NCBI GenBank assembly: GCA_973895155.1
Contig: OZ316895.1
Span: forward strand, 14,318,225-14,382,224
From: Marsupella aquatica
Lineage: Eukaryota; Plantae; Marchantiophyta
Direction of reading: 5' to 3'
Length of the DNA stretch: 64,000 nt
A program made the translations under genes and the position numbers. The notes under the pieces are model-generated. The model searched no databases. It was not told the DNA's origin and saw only the letters and a program-made list of their open reading frames with translations. Below are positions 12,948 to 27,652 of this stretch, one piece after another (the first letter of the stretch is position 1; each line of letters opens with the position of its first letter).

Positions 12948-15900
12948 TGTTATACCCTAACTAGACTCCATGGTTACCTTAACCATAGTTACCATATAGG
13001 ATAACTCGGACGGAGACTATATATAGAGATGCACCCATTCATTCTATAGAGAGGAATCTCATTATCATTTCCCGCATCATTCCTCAACACGTTATCAGCA
13101 CGACTCTAGACCAACTGAGCTTGATCATGAATTTTTTTTTGGAATTTCCCTATGGCTATGATGAATGAATGTTCTCTTAAGGATTTCCAAGTTATGGAGG
13201 AAAATTGAATTGGGATTGAGAAGGCTAGTAGTTTGAACCACCAAGAGAACATGAGTCACGTTGAAGCAACGACAGGATGTAGCATTGTGGTCGTGCCGAG
13301 AGCAAGCTTATGAAGGCTGTGATATGATCAAAAGAAATTTTGTTTTGAAGGGTGATTCTGAATATCGTGTGGGAAAGCAATATTCAAGACAATTATTTGA
13401 GTCAAGTGAAAAGCTATGGCTGAGGCAAGAGAGATCGAGTTTAGCCGCGCTGCTTCCTTCTACCCAACCAAGCCAAATCAACCTAAATCACTCGAGGCGA
13501 TGAGTTGAAGGCGGGTGGATCGAGAGCAAATCAGGACCCGATCAGGATCATAAGAAAACTTTTCAAAACCCTAACCTCATAAGGGACGAACGCAGGCGCC
13601 TTCTCTTTCCCTGAATTTCACAATGTTTCTCAACCGCTGATAGTTTCTTGTTGGTCGATCTGCGAGCCATAAAGGATGAAAGGAAATGCCCATTACACAT
13701 GATCGAGTGAAGTACAGGCATTACAAGAGGCCAAACATGGATGTTGAATTGGTCGTTTGCTGATTCAATGAAGATTCCAATAAGAGCCATTTGATACAGT
13801 CGTATCAAATTGGAGAAGATAGAAGCAAATGTCGTGGAGGAAGAACATCTTGGCTTTGGTTGTGAACGTACGGGAGATGGCATCCAGCAAAAGAAACGAA
13901 TCATCGTTGTGGGGTCTAGATCTGATAGCATTTTCTCAATCCTAAATATGGAATGTTGTGCTTGTCCAAGAATGAGCCTGAGAAGCTGATCGCAATCAAA
14001 GAATGAGCCAAAGCGACAAGTGAGATTTCAAGAGACACACATGAGTGACTTAAACATGCAACATTCGATCTCAAAATCCTCGAGAAAAACTCGAACACCC
14101 AGATAAGTGCAACCCTCATTAAATGCACAGTATAGTAAAGAGTTTCTGAAATACAAATACTTGGGTGCACTTATCCAAAGACAAGAGAATCCCATGTGTT
14201 TCAGTGCAAAATCTTCATTTTTGAAAAACTATCCATATATGCACATATTAACAAAGAAAATCTTGTTGACAACGGATGTTTTGCACTTATGGATAAACAA
14301 ATGAAATGGAAAATGATAAGTGCACATTGCAAATTTACACAGCAATTTACACAGTTTACACATGTAAACACATCAACTGGTTTAGGGAAATTACATGTCA
14401 CTTGTTGAATTTGCATACATTAACATGCCTTACATGTGCAACACATGCTTTACATGCATTTGACATATTTACATGTCATACCACCCTTACTTGACTTTGC
14501 ACATTGGAAATAATGGTTTTATACCAAATACCTCTACTTTCCATTTACAAAGTGATTATTACACCCATTTCAATCACAAAAAGGTTTTTACACCATTTTA
14601 CACCCCTAGTTTACACCTAATGATACCATCCTAGATTATACCTCATGACACCAGTTTACACTGGTGTATGTCTTACCATTGTATAATCTCATGCTTTACA
14701 TTGGGTTTATACTTGTTTACACTGGTTACACCAGATTACACTTGCTTATAGCATTTACACTGGTTTACACCAATTTACACCATCAGGGGGAGTAAACTTT
14801 GGTCCATACACTTTTTGTGTGTAAATTGACCATTTACAACTTTTACACCAATTGACATGGGTTTACACCCATTTACACCCTACATTAGAGCAATATCTTA
14901 CTTAAGGGCCTTATCCTCATGGTCTTTACACCATAAACAACTCCAACGAGAGCTTTTATAGCCATTGTTCGGTGGGATGATAGTTTTTAAGTATGGAACT
15001 AATACCATACCTTTAACCATGCTCTATGACCTAGTTTTGGGGGTATTTTGGTAAGGTATAGATTTTCTGAGATCCAGTGATCGATGGCAGATATGTTTCT
15101 CACGAAAGATCCAGAATAATCTAAGGTACAGTACTTCAGGTTAGTTCCATGACCTTAGTTTCCGGCCATATCCAAAAGCGGATAATCAATAACCCTTTAG
15201 GGGTTTTACTACGAATATTTAGAAATCTGAAGTAAACTCAAATCAGAATGAGTAATGAAGGGTTAATATGGGCAAACCCCATAACTTTGTCTGGTCCAAC
15301 TTAATTCTAGCTTTCAACTATAATATATTTAGGGGGAGAAAGTTTATTTTCTCAAACCCCAATCACACTTGATTTACCCACTACGAGTACATTTTGGTAC
15401 TTGGTCATTAAGTGGGATCTTTTGACTATCACTAGCTCTAAACTATTTTTATGCGGAGTTGTTTGACGTTTATGAATATCACTTTACCTCCGCAAGATAG
15501 CGAATCATTTTGAGCTAGCATTTCTCTGTGCTATGACACACATGGACATTCGACTGAATGTTTGGATTCCACATGGTTATTTGTGAAGTTATATTGACTT
15601 GACACTTTTTGTCAAAATATGAGAACTGCAGACGTGCAGGGCAGACGTGCCATATTATACACACACCCGCTGGTGTTGTGAATGCACACCCTTTGGTGCT
15701 GCAGATTATTTTTCATATAAAAACTATTTGATACTACATGTTTTTGAAATCTAAGATTGAGAGATTTCTTTGTGTGTCGACTACACACGCTTGCGAATTG
15801 TGCATTTTACACAAGAACCCTCTATTTAATAATCTAATTATGAGTCCTTGAACTCTAAGGGAGAGTTTCGATATTTGAGTTTTACGAGAATAATATATTC

Positions 15901-16602
15901 CTTGAAACCTTGTTTTGAAGGGGAGATCATATTTTTCGGACTTTTTACATCCCATACTTTACGCACTCAGTTGCACGAGATGACATTATTTATTATTATA
16001 CTTTACACTTTGCGCAGATCAGCCACGGACAAGTGATTTTATGATAATAACTTAATTACTAACCATTTTTTCATATATGTTTTAATTTGTATTCGATGCA
16101 AGGATGTATGTGCGGATGTATGCGCGATGGTGAGCGATTTGGAGACATGTTGCGTTGTTGTTGAGTCGTTGAGCATACGACAACTTGTTCATTTTGACGG
16201 AGTGGAGTTGGTGTTGTTAACTCCACATACCACCGGATTCACTTGAGGACCGACAGGGCTGTACTCTTTTTCCTTCAGAGCCAAGATATATATTTTGTCT
16301 TCTTTGTTACCCTGATAGAGTTTTTTTTAAGAGCTGTTAAAGGTTTTAATGAGGCAGTGCCTTCCTCATTTGTACTCAAATCATGCCATGTTTATAAGCA
16401 TGATAATCTAGTTAGAAGACTTTTTGTCTACATAGTTATCACTATATAGCCAAGGGGGAGTGTTATACCCTAACTAGACTCCATGGTTACCTTAACCATA
16501 GTTACCGTATAGGATAACTCGGACGGAGACTATATATAGAGATGCACCCATTCATTCTATAAAGAGGAATCTCATTATCATTTCCCGCATCATTCCTCAA
16601 CA
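12948..16602 (+). mobile_element. Non-autonomous Ty1/copia (Bianca-like) LTR retroelement with no internal coding capacity
   Basis: The 142-bp TG...CA LTRs at 12948-13089 and 16461-16602 differ at 2 positions. TSD GTTTA at 12943-12947 and 16603-16607. PBS CGTTATCAGCACGAC at 13090-13104; PPT caagggggag at 16451-16460. Bianca-like 3' motifs TGTACTCTTTTTCC (16260) and AAGGTTTTAATGAGGCA (~16340). Confidence 0.93.
14330..14935. repeat. Low-complexity array of TTTACAC motifs inside the LTR element
   Basis: More than 10 dispersed copies of tttacac/ttacac. Confidence 0.75.
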
Positions 16603-18172
16603 GTTTAGAATTTGATTTATGGCGTTCTAGCGTGTCGTGATTGCAGTGTGGTCCATTGTGGGTTTGGGGTAACCCACTCGGTTACTCTGAGAGCCATTGA
16701 GATTATGCCCAGGGTTAAATGTAAGCAGGGTCAGTCTCCTGTATATTAATTAAAAATTGTTTTGGGGTAGATTTGTAATAAGCCTTAACTTCGGGGACCA
16801 ACCTCGTTGAAAACCGTATCTAAAAAACTAGTTATTAATCCGTAGCACCACCCTGACTCGCACGATCTCGCTCTTGGTCTGGACTCGGTTTCCCGCACGG
16901 TCTGACTGCTCCCAGTGCGTAGAATCGTATCGCGACGCGGCGAATAATATCGAAGCCGACGTGGGATCCCTTCCCGCCCCATCCTCCCCTCTCGTTCAGT
17001 CGTGTTCTTTTTCGACTCACCGGCAACAGCGGGTGAGAGTACCGGACCCACCCAGTCAATCGGGCACCTTTCCTCATTCTCGTCTCCTCTCTCACCGGAA
17101 GAGTGGGCGACCGGACAAACCCCGTCAGTCAGTCACGCAGGGCGCGAGACGATCAGGCCAGCAATCCAGGGAAAGGGAGTGTAAGACCCCCACTGATCCG
17201 CTCCATGAGACCCCAAATGAAAGCCGGCGGGACAACGTCATGCATGGCCAAGAGAAGGGCCAGACAGGGCCGGGCCAGATTCTTCTCGTTGAAGGAAGCC
17301 CTCTGGTCTCCTGTAGACCCTGTCTTTGCGGGAAGACATATTATTCACTCCTGTTAGAAGCGAAGCTGCCCCGTCACAGGGAGGATCCGTGGCCAATGAG
17401 AGCCAAGGAGAGGAGAGGAGAGGCTGTGACCGACCCCGGCCCCGGGGGGCTCGACAGCCCCAACTTCGTTCGCCATTCACCCCCTGGCTTCGACGGTTCC
17501 ATGCTCGTCTTTCTCCCTCTCGCTCTCGTCCCCACTTTCGAAGGCTCGGTCGACTACAGTCCGTGCGTGGGAGCGTGCGGGGGTCCTTGGTGGTCGGTTC
17601 TCCGTGGCTACAAGCGCCCAAAATCCGTGCGTGGGAGCGTGCGTGATAATCCTGCTGTGTTTGTTGCCAGCCGCGCAACAGCGTGGGGAGGGGGCGCCGC
17701 TTCGACCTCGATTGCCTGGCCGAGCTGCGGGGTCGGCCCCGCTCGGCTGTCGGGCTCTGGGGCGCTTTCTGCTCGCTTCATACCTCCCCTTCTCCCCTCC
17801 TCCTCCTCCGTGTCTGTGCTCAAAGAGTGTTCTTCTTTCTGTCTCCGCCCGTGCTGCTGCATGTTGTTTCTCCGCCCGTGCTGCTGCATGTTGTTTGCTG
17901 AGGTCGCGGAGGAGTGCGGAGAGCGCGCATCGTCGAGCCGGAGTTCTGTGGCACACAAGTGCGAGGCGTCGAGGCGAGGAGAGGAGAGGCGAAGCGAGGT
18001 GAGAAGCATTCGAGGTCTTTGCGAGGAGGAGGCCGATCGGATCGGCTTTACGGAAGAGCAAACAAAGGAGAGTTTCAGATCTGAGATCGAAGTAGGTTTA
18101 GGCAGGGAGAAGAGACAGGTGGGAAGAGGAACCGGGGGGGGGGGGGGGGGAAAGGAGGCCTCGGGGCTGTGA

Positions 18173-20564
<2,392 letters not shown>

Positions 20565-23500
20565 TTCAGCACGGCTTAGACACTAGGTGGAAAGCCATAA
20601 TCGTAGCGCAGACATTTTTAGGCCCTCGACATTGGGATTTCTGTGGTCTTGGAGGCTCGTCTCACAGCAGCTGTCCGTCACACCAGTTCTATTATATGAC
20701 TTACAGTCGCAGATTCTCTTTTGATTTTCTGTTGATGAAGGGGCATGTTATGGTCAACGAAGTCTGTGCAGAATTCATTTCTTTTTTAGTTTTTCGTCTA
20801 TCCACAGATTTCCTAGCATTGCATTATTTGCAGACAGACGATATCTTGAAGACACTATTCAGGGTTGGATTGTTAAGGAGGAATGACAGGATTTGTGGAA
20901 GTCTCTACTCTTAGTTTTGAGAGTGTTTTCCTTGCTTCAATTAAGAGATCGTGTGGATCTCATTTGCGCAATTACCCAGACTTCTTATGGCCATTTTCTT
21001 CTGGGCTCATATGCAGTATAGTCACTTTTTACCAGAATCTTTTGATGTGTTAGGCTTTGAGCTCTTGTCTGGAAAGCTTGGGCTTCACCTGGACCCTCAA
21101 GTTAAATAGATCTTGTATGGTCTCAAGATTTTGCTTCGACCTGGTTTTGTTATGAATGCAGACGTCCTGGTGCCAATTTTCAACGCAATGGTCGTGATTT
21201 TTTTTAATATAGTTCTTCTGAGAGCTTCCCATGTTTTCGTGCATTTGAAGTTCCAACCATCTCGGCAATCTATTTCGAATGTGATCGTGTACAACTATGA
21301 ATGCATATGCTTGCGGCATTTGCAGCAGCTGGCCTTGGTCCTTCTGTACTTCACAAATCTCAGTCCATGTAAATTCGTGAAACTAGCTGTTGGCTGGCAA
21401 TGATTCGATCAAATTCGTACTCTGCTACGTTTTCATGGGTTTCCTGTGTAGCACTTGAAATTGCACCATTCATGACCGAATGTCGAAAGCCCAATTGCAC
21501 TGTCTACCATTCACTGGCTTTATCTGCTTGTAGCGAGGCACAGTGGGGGCTTAAACTAGCAGTTCGGGTGGACAACATCTGGAAAGTGCATTGGGTGGTC
21601 TGAGTAGAGAGAGACTTTAAAATTTTGGAATTTGGCTCCAAATTCCAAGCCAGGATTTGGGCTACAAGTTAGAGATTCCACCTTGTTTTAAAGCTCCCTT
21701 TCCCAGAAGATGGGAGATTTGACAGGGCATATTAAATTCGTACGAGAACATTCACTTTAAAAATGCTCGCTTAATACAGGTTGTCCACCATAAACGGAAC
21801 GTTGAGAAGGTTAATTTGGATAAGAGTGGCCTGGAAGAGTGCTGAATGGGTAGTGTTGGTAGAAGTCATCACCACTTCGAGCTACCGTACTGAATCGAGT
21901 GTTTGGAACCCTCGAACATCGAAAGCAACATGTAGATAGGGAATTTGAAAAGAAATATTAACCAATTTAATAAATGCAATCTATTAGCGATGTAGCGAGC
22001 TAAGACCATGTATGACTTTGTCACTGAAATCCTGACCCATGCACTAGGGTAAGGCCCCAACTTGCCCGGCAGAAGGAACCCATCTCTTGAAGTTCTTGAC
22101 CTATTTGCAGAGTGAAATTAGACATGAAATTTCTGTAGAGTGAAGTATGTAGTCGTGACACTCACGAGAGCAAAGCCATAATTCATGACGTTACTCTTCA
22201 AAGCTAAGCCATAATTCATGGCCTATTTAGTAATTCATGGCCGATTTAGTATTTAGTAAGTACTAAATCATACACCATCACTACAGGCCATAGATCCTAC
22301 CCAAACTTCGACACCAAAGTCTTACCAAAGCTAAGCCATAGTTCATGCCTATTTAGTCGAGTCAAATTGTACATAATGACTAGAGGCCATAGATCCTGAC
22401 CAAACTTAGGTGAACATGCACACTGATATTCCTCGATAAACATACTGGTAGTCAACATAAAAGATACCTTAATATTTGATAAACATAGAAGCGGTCAATA
22501 TAATAGATATCTGGTTTCTCTTTCTAGAGATTATGTTCATTAGTCCACATAGAAGATATTCGTTCATCTGTCCAGAGATTACTTTCATGAGAAGCACAAA
22601 AGAAAGTGGTACTGAATTCTAACCTTGTCTGTCATATTGAGCTTCAACTAAACTCTCTTATCATTCGATCAGTGGCCTAAGTTTTGCTTGAATATAGTAG
22701 TAGCACATCTGATTCTATCTAGGCATCTTATTATGATTAGACCAATTATGGTTGATACTAATTCTAGACATAAGAGTAAATGTTTAGCAAACTTCTTGAT
22801 TTTGGTCTAGGGGAGCAGGATCACTGCCACCTGTATGATTAGTAGAAACTATCAAAAATCCATACCAGACTTCTTCTTTTTTGAACTAGAGCAAACCGTG
22901 ACCTAAATAGGAATGTGTCACAGCACATATCAAAGTTTACAAATGGTCAAGGTATTCAACTTGTTTTCACAATTGTATAACCTGCAATGTGACATAACTT
23001 CTAGAAAATTTTCTATAGAAATCATTTGGTAGAGGGGTTAGCTAGATTGAGTTTACCATAAAATTTGATTGGCTCAAACATAGTTTATGGAGTGAAATAG
23101 TAGCTGATCTCAATTTGGTTCACTCTATTGTCCATTGCTTTGTATAGTTGCTAGTGACTTTACATCCCACTATGATCTATTCAACATCTAACCTTCCACT
23201 AGTTGCAGTCCTTTTTGTGCAAGAATCACTCTTTGCGTTTTAAGGCCATCTTCCACAATGGCCTTCTCAACTCCCCCAAACACTCCAATGGCCTGCCTCC
23301 TTTCAGCTAAAGTGGCCATTGTGATCCCATGTTTCCTAGAGTATAAAAAGCAAATTGCACTAGGTCTACAAGCAACAGCAAGCAATCCTGATCAAACAAA
23401 AAATACTCAATATTGTTTATTTATGAAAGGAAACACTTACTTGGACTTCTGAAAGACAACAAGAGCCCTATTTAGCACCTGCCCTAAACCATTGGACCAC

Positions 23501-26500
23501 AGACTTTGGCCCTCCCACCTTAGCCTCCACCTGGTTGAGCCTGCTAAATTGTCATGTCCTGAATGTGGCAACATTTGCCCTTTGTTACCGTACAACCCAG
23601 TTCGCCCTCCCATCTTTCTAGCTGCCCTCCCTGGACTCACAGGCTCCCAAATGTGGTCAGTTGTCTAGCAGAGTCCCAAATTGTGGAGACATTTGGCATA
23701 TTTTCATGAAGAAAGGTTTCAATTGGCCTGGAGAAGCACTGACCCTGGGAGGAAGGTCACTGGGGCCCGAGATGATTTTTGGGCTTGTGTGATCTTGCCT
23801 GCATTCACAATGGGAAAACCTTGCCATATATGTGGCATCCAGCCAATGAGGACTACAAGGCTCCTACTATTGATGTCATTGGCCGGATGCTTTGGTCTTA
23901 GTGGGATTAGTTTAGGATTTAGTGCCCCACACAATAGATGATCAAGTGCAGTCATCAATTATTTTGGCTCATTGGCAGTAGGACGCCTCAAATCTGAAGG
24001 GTCACAGAGTGATCCCCAGCCCAATAGTGTGATCCATGGATCACAGTCACAAGGGGTAGTATAAGCTTTTGCAAATTTTCCACTTTGCTTCCGGGAAATG
24101 TGTGACTGTGACAGGAGCCAGAACCCCAAAGTTTGAGAGTCCTAGTGGAAATTGAGCGACAATGTGGGCTATAAATTCAGTATTGACACAATTGTCTCAG
24201 TTTAGTCAAATAATGCCTTATTTCAATAGTGCAGTCATTTTTGGCAAACCAGTAAATCTCAGTTTTTACTGTACCTGCTTTTTGAATTTCTTGTCCAAGG
24301 CATTATATTTTCAAATGAGTTTTTCCATTCACTTCTTCTCTTGAAAAAAAGACTTTCAAAAGGTTTTCCAAAATAGATTTCATACTACCAAAGAACTTCT
24401 AAGGAAGTTCTTGACAGTTTTGGGCAAATTTTTTAAACCATTCTTGAATAAGTAACTATTTGCCAATTTTTGTTGGCCAGGCATGACCAATACCTCTATT
24501 TTGACAAAAGATTGGCACTAAATGAAGAGCAGTGCAAAAGAAAGGATTGGTGCAATTGTTTCTTGGCAAATAAGTCAACGTGTTGTTTTTTCAATGTAAA
24601 ATAAACAAGCACCAACACATATGAAATTGATAAGTTTACAACAGGTTCAATGCATAGGAAGTTTTTGATATCCTCCAAAGGAATGCTTAGGTAGCAGTTG
24701 TGAGCTGATAAATTATCTGGATTAAAGTAGAGAAGAAACTTTGGGTTGGAAGTAGCTATTTCTTTAAAACACCACTAGCCATGACAAAACTTGGATCCAT
24801 TAAGTTTCATTAATAATATCATTTTCCTTAATTCGTGGAGCAAAATGACTTGGTAGAGTAGAAGAATAAAAAAAGGGGGAAGTCTTAGACACCTCCCTTT
24901 TCCATGGCCAGTGGTGGAGAAAAACCAGAATGAGAGGAACTAAACAGAGCAGGTGGATAAGGAAACATGTTATTATTCCCATTCTCTTAGCAAATCATAC
25001 AAGCCCACAAACTACAGTAGAAGCAGTGATTAAGTTTTCCTATTATTGCAAATACTTAATGCTGACATCTTTTCAAAAAGACAAACAGCATGGATACGTA
25101 CCTTACAACCCACCCATTTAGCGCCAGGTAGCAGTAGGAAGACAGCTGTTCCGCAAGATGAACGGGCTGCTGTAGATGGGTTGCAGATATTCACACTGAA
25201 TGGCTCCTAAAAAGAAATTCGTACGTTACTCTATTCAGGACAAGTGGATGAATGAAAAAGAACTCACAAACATTAAAAAGGTTCTATGGCCATCAGAGTC
25301 ATTTGCTAGGTTCCAAAATTTCCCAAAATTGAAAAAGATAGAAATAAAGATAGGTTCATGAATCTCTTCTCAATGAAAATGGATTTCCCTAGAAAATATA
25401 GAAATTGGAGCTCATCGCTATGCAAATTGACGCAAGCTATCTTAATTAATGTAATATGCAATCACATTCTCTCTTTTCATGTTTATTTAATTTAAAGTCA
25501 TTTTGGTGGGAAGACTCCCTAGCCACTGGATAATGGTTTCATTTTTTTCCTAAGGATGAGATGGAAGTAAAAAGGTGACATTGTGCACCTCTGCCATTGC
25601 ATAACCGGACATGCGTCCCTCAACTAATACAATCATTGGAACTTCATTCACCAAGTAAACTGTTAATGTCCCATAGGATATGGTGTTAGGACCATCTTGT
25701 TTATGATAGACAACACTTCCCTTAAACATCATTTATGATGTGCAATACGAGATGGCAACTATATTATTAGTTTAATTAATTGAAGAAAAACCGCAAGAGT
25801 ATGGCCGCGTGGTACCTTTTCGCGGAATAGGACTTGTTATGGTATTATTATGAGGCAGCTAGATAGACGGCGGATAGTAGGGGCGGTCCGCGGGCCCCTA
25901 TGGCCGTCGATATTCAAGATCTTCGGCTGAGGTGAGAGATTACCCGGGTTACCCGGTTCCGGCCGTATCTTATTATTAAATATTATTATATTATTCTAGC
26001 CGGAAAGTGAAGGGGCTCTCGGGGCGTGCCTGAATGACGTGTGTCCTGGCTCCTTTCCGTTGCCCGTCTTTTTTTTCCCCGACTGGTGTCTTCTGTTCGC
26101 GTTCTCTCGTTCACATCCTCCATCGCTATCCTTTCTCTTCTTCTTCTTCGCCTCGTCGTCCCTCTCTCTCTCCCCGGTCCTCTCTCTTCGTGTCTGAATG
26201 CGGTGAATGAATTTGTGGGTTTTGAGCACCGCTATTGGTTTTGCTTGGTTCCGTCTCGTTTAATCCCGCCCCGCTCGGCCGGTGTCATCTTCATCATCTT
26301 GTCTCCTCGGAAGCAAGGAAGGAAGGAAGGAAGGACGGAAGGGCGGATTGATTTGTCGATCGATCGGTCAGCCGGGAGAAAAGAAAGGGAAGGAGATTGT
26401 TGAGGTAGGATCTGGACTCGTTGGGGTGATGAATGATGGATGATGGATTGGATTTATTGAATGGATTGGCAAATAGATCGGAAGTTGGAATTGACGAATG

Positions 26501-27539
26501 AGTTTGTGGATTGGGTGATGAGCGATGGAGGAGGGAGTGAATTGAGCGAGGAGGCGGTGGGATTAGGGCGTCGGGGATTCTGTTTCGCGGGTGGGCGTGA
26601 ACAGTATGTTATGTCGGGGAGGGTTTAATTGGATATGTGTGGTAGGTTTTTTCCTGGTAGGATGATGTGTTTTTGGCTAAGGAGGATCCATCTCCAGGAG
26701 CAGATCGGATAGGGAGGTGGATGGGATTTGAGCGAGTTTTTGGGGTTGTCAGTTTGTCGGTCGTGTATGGGAATTGCCTTCGGATGGGGTCATGCGCCGT
26801 TGTAAGGCATGAATTTGGTCCGTATCGTCTTCTCGTTGCTGATGATTATGCCTTTGAGCGTGTCTGTGGTTTAGTTGTAGGGGTTTTCGCCCTATCAATG
26901 TGACTGAATTGAGGGAAGATCTGAAGTCCTTTTTGGTTTGTTCGCGGAAATTTTCTCGCTTTCGATACTGCCACGGTGCTTGAATTCGCGATTTTCAGTG
27001 TTCTCCTTTTTGTTGCCTCCCTCCCCTTGTTAGTGTGTCCATCTCGCCGCCAGCATTTCCAGTCCTCCCTTCTGTCCGATGATGTCAGTCTGTGCGCCTG
27101 ACTGTGCTAATTGGGGAAGGAGGGAAAATACTCTAATATATGTTGGATGTGTGAGAGTTGGTGGCAATTATACGGATTTGGCAGGGCCGTAGGGTTTGTC
27201 TTGTACGATCTGTACCTTGCCACTCGACGTCTATCTGGTCTTTGCCTAAGTTTCTCCGCTTGCTGTCCTGACCTGAAGGCTCGGATCATGTGTGGATTGG
27301 GTGTGGACTGAACGGGAGTAAGGATGGGAGCACAAGATCTGAGCCGGATAGTTGATAGGGATCTTTTGTCCTTGTTGTGCTTACTGTGTTCTACCTTTTG
27401 GCAGTGCAAATGATGAGTATTGAGTAGACAGTGTATTACGCACCGGGGCCAGAAAGAAGTCGATCTTCGATTAAAAGTCGAGAGAAAAAACAAACGGAGA
27501 GAGACTCAGAGATGAGAGGGAGGGCGGAGGTGGTCGGGG

Positions 27540-27629
27540 ATGGAAAGACTTCTTCAGAATGTTGATGAAGGAGAGAGCTACTGTAGCGATGATGGCGAAG
27601 AGGCGATGATGAGGAAATTGATTATCTGA
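27540..27629 (+). promoter_or_regulatory. 29-codon uORF ending 23 nt before the PRT6 start codon
   Basis: ATG at 27540 reads MERLLQNVDEGESYCSDDGEEAMMRKLII*. It lies downstream of a plausible splice acceptor (ttttggcag, ~27403), so it is likely exonic. Confidence 0.45.
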
Positions 27630-27652
27630 ATTTCGGACCTTAAGCGACTACC

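Noticed and set aside
16874-18172. 432-aa ORF and overlapping antisense ORFs upstream of ARF1
   Set aside because: GC-rich promoter/5' UTR with short duplications and simple repeats. It has a non-ATG start and no recognisable domain.
23188-24050. Cys-containing fragments (CPECGNIC, CHICG) suggesting a decayed transposon gene
   Set aside because: Too fragmented to assign to any family from the sequence alone.
27303-27322. tggactgaacgggag resembling miR319
   Set aside because: Imperfect match and no complementary arm for a precursor hairpin was seen.
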